Positions 61,345-64,000 of a stretch of DNA of 64,000 nucleotides are shown here, in pieces. The DNA is from an uncultured delta proteobacterium (lineage in GTDB: Bacteria > Desulfobacterota > Zymogenia > Zymogenales > Zymogenaceae): NCBI GenBank assembly GCA_963792965.1, contig CAWBYW010000009.1:128001-192000 (forward strand), written 5' to 3'. Position 1 is the first letter of the stretch, and each line of letters begins with the position of its first letter. The position numbers and the translations under genes are program-made. The notes beneath the pieces were generated by a model. It searched no databases. It was not told where the DNA came from and saw only the letters and a program-made list of their open reading frames with translations.

Positions 61345-61904
61345 ATCTCTCCTCCAAATTCTTCTTCGAGATCGGCCAGCGCGTCCCTGACCTTCGCCAG
61401 CGCACGGCTTTTTCTCGAAAGGAGTGTCCCGAGCGGGACCCCCCACTCCTCGGACAGCTCCCTGAAAGTTCTGTCATTAAACTCCGTCTCGATCACCACC
61501 GCCTTTTCCTCATCGGTGAGCGTCTCGATCGCCTCGAGGATCCGATACCGGATCTCGGCCCCGTACAGCTCGTCGAAGGCGTCCGCCGTCGAATCGGCGA
61601 TAAGGGAAATCAGCGAGAGGCTCGGATCGTCGGCCCGACCGGCGTCCAGCGAGACCGTCTCCCTTCTCTTCCTGAACAGATCGACGACCCGGTTTCTGAG
61701 CGCCTGGTAGATATAGGCCGAGAGGTCCTCGATAGGGCCGGCCACATCCAACCGCTCCATGAGGCCCACTAACACGTCCTGGACGACGTCTTCGCCGTCC
61801 CGATCGGGAGCGTCTCCGATCAGGCTCCGTACATAACCGACGAGCCGCCGCCGCTCACCCGCCCAGAAATCGGCGATCGTCTCTTTTTTCACCGCTTCCT
61901 CCAT
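61341..61904 (-). CDS. ECF RNA polymerase sigma factor
   Basis: EDVVQDV, AYIY..LRNR.VD..RK, TFRELS...GVPLGTLLSRK.RA. Confidence 0.9.
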   Translation of the reverse strand: MEEAVKKETIADFWAGERRRLVGYVRSLIGDAPDRDGEDVVQDVLVGLMERLDVAGPIEDLSAYIYQALRNRVVDLFRKRRETVSLDAGRADDPSLSLISLIADSTADAFDELYGAEIRYRILEAIETLTDEEKAVVIETEFNDRTFRELSEEWGVPLGTLLSRKSRALAKVRDALADLEEEFGGEI

Positions 61905-61912
61905 GGTTATAG

Positions 61913-61939
61913 AGACGGATCATGAATGGTTTTATTGCA
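61913..61939 (-). promoter_or_regulatory. Putative ECF (auto)promoter, near-leaderless
   Basis: Minus strand TGCAATA-N15-CGTCT, 8 nt before ATG; no SD. Confidence 0.45.
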
Positions 61940-62031
61940 CGGGGATGAAGATTTATTATAGCTTAATTATCTCTTTTGGGCGTGGGCTTTTTTCTCTGGT
62001 AGCGGGGTAAGCGGTAAGCATGGCGTCCCAT

Positions 62032-62060
62032 AAGAAAGGGGGCGCGATTGCGCCCCCTAC
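62032..62060 (-). terminator. Intrinsic terminator after acyl-CoA ligase
   Basis: Minus GTA-GGGGGCGC-AATC-GCGCCCCC-TTTCTT. Confidence 0.7.
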
Positions 62061-62110
62061 GGTTCTTTCTGTCTCTTACCGGCCGGCCGAGTTCTCGCCG
62101 AGGCCGGGCT

Positions 62111-63694
62111 CTATTTCTTCTCCCCCTTTAGAAACCCGTCCTTGATCTCGCGCTTGAGGATCTTGCCCGTCGGCGTCATGGGTAGCTGAGGCATAAAGAT
62201 GACCTTCTTGGGCACCTTGTAGCCCGCCATGTTTTCCTTGGCGAACGCGATGATGTCCTGCTCGGTCACCTCCTCGTTGGGCCGCTTGACGACGAACGCC
62301 GTCACCGCCTCCGTCCAGTGGGGGTCGGGCATCCCGATGACCGCCGCCTGGGCAACCTTCGGGTGCTTGAGCAGAAGCCCCTCGACCTCCTGAGAAGAGA
62401 CGTTTTCTCCCCCGGACTTGATCATGTCTTTCTTGCGATCCTTGAAGATGACGTAGCCGTCTTCGTCGATGTACCCCATATCTCCCGTATGGAGCCACCC
62501 GTTTCGGAGTGCCTTATCGGTCAGCTTTTCGTTCTTCCAGTACCCCTTCATGACGGACGGTCCCCGGATGACCAGCTCGCCGACCTCACCGGTGCCAAGC
62601 TCCTTATCGTGATCGTCGAAGACCTTAACGGTCACGCCCGTATCGGGAATGCCGATAGAGGCGATCTTCTGGTCGAAGACCTCCGGCGAGGAGGTCGTCC
62701 CCACCGGGGAGCTCTCGGTCTGGCCGTAGTAGTTACGCCATTGGAGGTTCGGATTGATCGCTTTCCAGCGCTCGTGAACCACCGGCGGTAACACCGTACC
62801 AAAGGTGATGAACTTCTTGAGAGAGGATAGGTCGTACTTGTCAAAGTCCGGCATCATCGGGAGGACCTGATAGAGCGTCGGGGGGTAGACCCACATAGTG
62901 ACCTTATGTTCGGCCGTCTTCTTGAGGATATTGGCGGGGTCGGGGGCATACTCGATGATCGCCTTGGAGCCAAACGTGAGCGCACCCATCAACAGCGTTG
63001 TTCCGGCGACGTGAAAGAGCGGGATGTCGATGATCATCACGTCGTCCCGCTTGAAGTCGCAGTCGCAGGCCAGGTGAAACATGCTCATGAAATAGTTGAG
63101 ATGCGACGTCATGACGCCCTTGGGGAAGCTCTCGGTGCCGGTGGTGTACATGAGCGTGGCGATGTCGTTGGAATCGATGAAGACCTCGGGGTCTACCGTG
63201 GGATATTTGGACGAGAAGAACTCCTCGCTGTCGATCCATCCGTCGGGTTTCTTCTTTCCCGCCCCGATGTCAAGCCAACCGTAGTGAGAAATCCCCTTGA
63301 GCTTGTCCTTCACCTCCAGGACGTGCTCTGAAAGCGAGTCCTCAACGAAAAAGAGCTTCGGTTCGCTGTCTTTGACGATGTAGACGATTTCATCTTTTCT
63401 GAGCATGAAGTTAAGTGGCACCGGGACCGCGCCGATCTTCGCCAGTCCCAGGCGGCAGTAGATATAGTTGAGGCAGTTGTGCGTCATAAAGGCGACCCGG
63501 TCACCGCGCTTGACGCCGAGCTTGAGGAATGCGTGCGCCGCCTGACAGCTCTTCTCGTTAAGGGTCCAAAAACTGATCTCCTTGCCTGCGTAGACGAGCG
63601 CCGTGCGCGTCGTGAATCTGAGGGCCGACCTCGTGATAAGATCGCCGATAACGGCACGCCTCAGCAGGTTTTCATGAAGCTCGCTCAAGCTCAT
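62111..63694 (-). CDS. Acyl-CoA synthetase (AMP-binding)
   Basis: YTTGTESFPKG, YYGQTE, GWLHTGD, DRKKDMIKSGGENV, LP.T.TGKI. Confidence 0.92.
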   Translation of the reverse strand: MSLSELHENLLRRAVIGDLITRSALRFTTRTALVYAGKEISFWTLNEKSCQAAHAFLKLGVKRGDRVAFMTHNCLNYIYCRLGLAKIGAVPVPLNFMLRKDEIVYIVKDSEPKLFFVEDSLSEHVLEVKDKLKGISHYGWLDIGAGKKKPDGWIDSEEFFSSKYPTVDPEVFIDSNDIATLMYTTGTESFPKGVMTSHLNYFMSMFHLACDCDFKRDDVMIIDIPLFHVAGTTLLMGALTFGSKAIIEYAPDPANILKKTAEHKVTMWVYPPTLYQVLPMMPDFDKYDLSSLKKFITFGTVLPPVVHERWKAINPNLQWRNYYGQTESSPVGTTSSPEVFDQKIASIGIPDTGVTVKVFDDHDKELGTGEVGELVIRGPSVMKGYWKNEKLTDKALRNGWLHTGDMGYIDEDGYVIFKDRKKDMIKSGGENVSSQEVEGLLLKHPKVAQAAVIGMPDPHWTEAVTAFVVKRPNEEVTEQDIIAFAKENMAGYKVPKKVIFMPQLPMTPTGKILKREIKDGFLKGEKK

Positions 63695-63772
63695 AGTCGC
63701 CTCCTATAATGGAATATGTATGAAATAGATACCTTCAGTCCATATTTGCTCCTCTGGATTGCTCTCCCTCTC

Positions 63773-64000
63773 CTACTCCGTGATCCCGCAGATTCGCTTT
63801 GCGTCCCTCACCCGTGACTGGAGGGCTTCGCCCTTGGCCCACTCGTACATGGACAGCTTGCAGGCCTGGCCCGATCCGCCGCCGTGGGCCGCCGAGTGGC
63901 ACAACGCCCCGCCGCCGAAGGTCAGGTTCTCGATGAGCCTGACGATACGCGCACGATTCTCCGCCGACACGCCGTTTGCCCCCTTATAAATCCGGGAAAG
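63773..64000 (-). CDS. C-terminal part of 4-hydroxybutyryl-CoA dehydratase / HpaB-family flavoprotein (partial)
   Basis: YKGANGVSAENRARIVRLIENLT...HGGGSGQA. Confidence 0.65.
   Translation of the reverse strand, partial: LSRIYKGANGVSAENRARIVRLIENLTFGGGALCHSAAHGGGSGQACKLSMYEWAKGEALQSRVRDAKRICGITE

Overview
GC-rich chromosomal window, probably from an anaerobic Desulfobacterota/deltaproteobacterium-like organism (inferred from gene content only). 1-19.8 kb is mostly housekeeping: pmbA, menG/ubiE, recO, gatCAB, asmA-like, mtnA and pcnB. Its first ~15 kb carry several single-base frameshifts, even in gatA/gatB, that look like assembly errors. tRNA-Pro(TGG) at 19869-19946 is an integration hotspot with tandem islands. 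Island 1 ends at a perfect 45-bp attR (33269-33313). It carries a tyrosine-integrase relic and an extended 'orange protein' (orp)-type Fe-S/ATPase/NifX cluster with its PAS-sigma54 activator, whose sigma54 promoter, IHF site and enhancer boxes can be read from the sequence. Island 2 ends at a degenerate attR (38092-38134). It carries an IS3 relic and a NuoG/HydA-like + HoxY + HoxH + protease [NiFe]-hydrogenase lacking its diaphorase subunits. Both ends of island 1 share a ~100-bp arm with five exactly 10-bp-phased repeats. The right half holds an RND pump with a hairpin-less adaptor behind a candidate pseudoknot/terminator leader RNA, and a TetR-glycyl radical enzyme-acyl-CoA ligase locus with no local activase. 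It also has two MarR operons sharing a TAGT-N10-ACTA box, a PilZ-like/HEAT protein, an FGGY kinase-2-hydroxyacid dehydrogenase fusion with a class II aldolase, an ECF sigma cassette and acyl-CoA genes. All calls come from reading motifs by eye; no searches were run.
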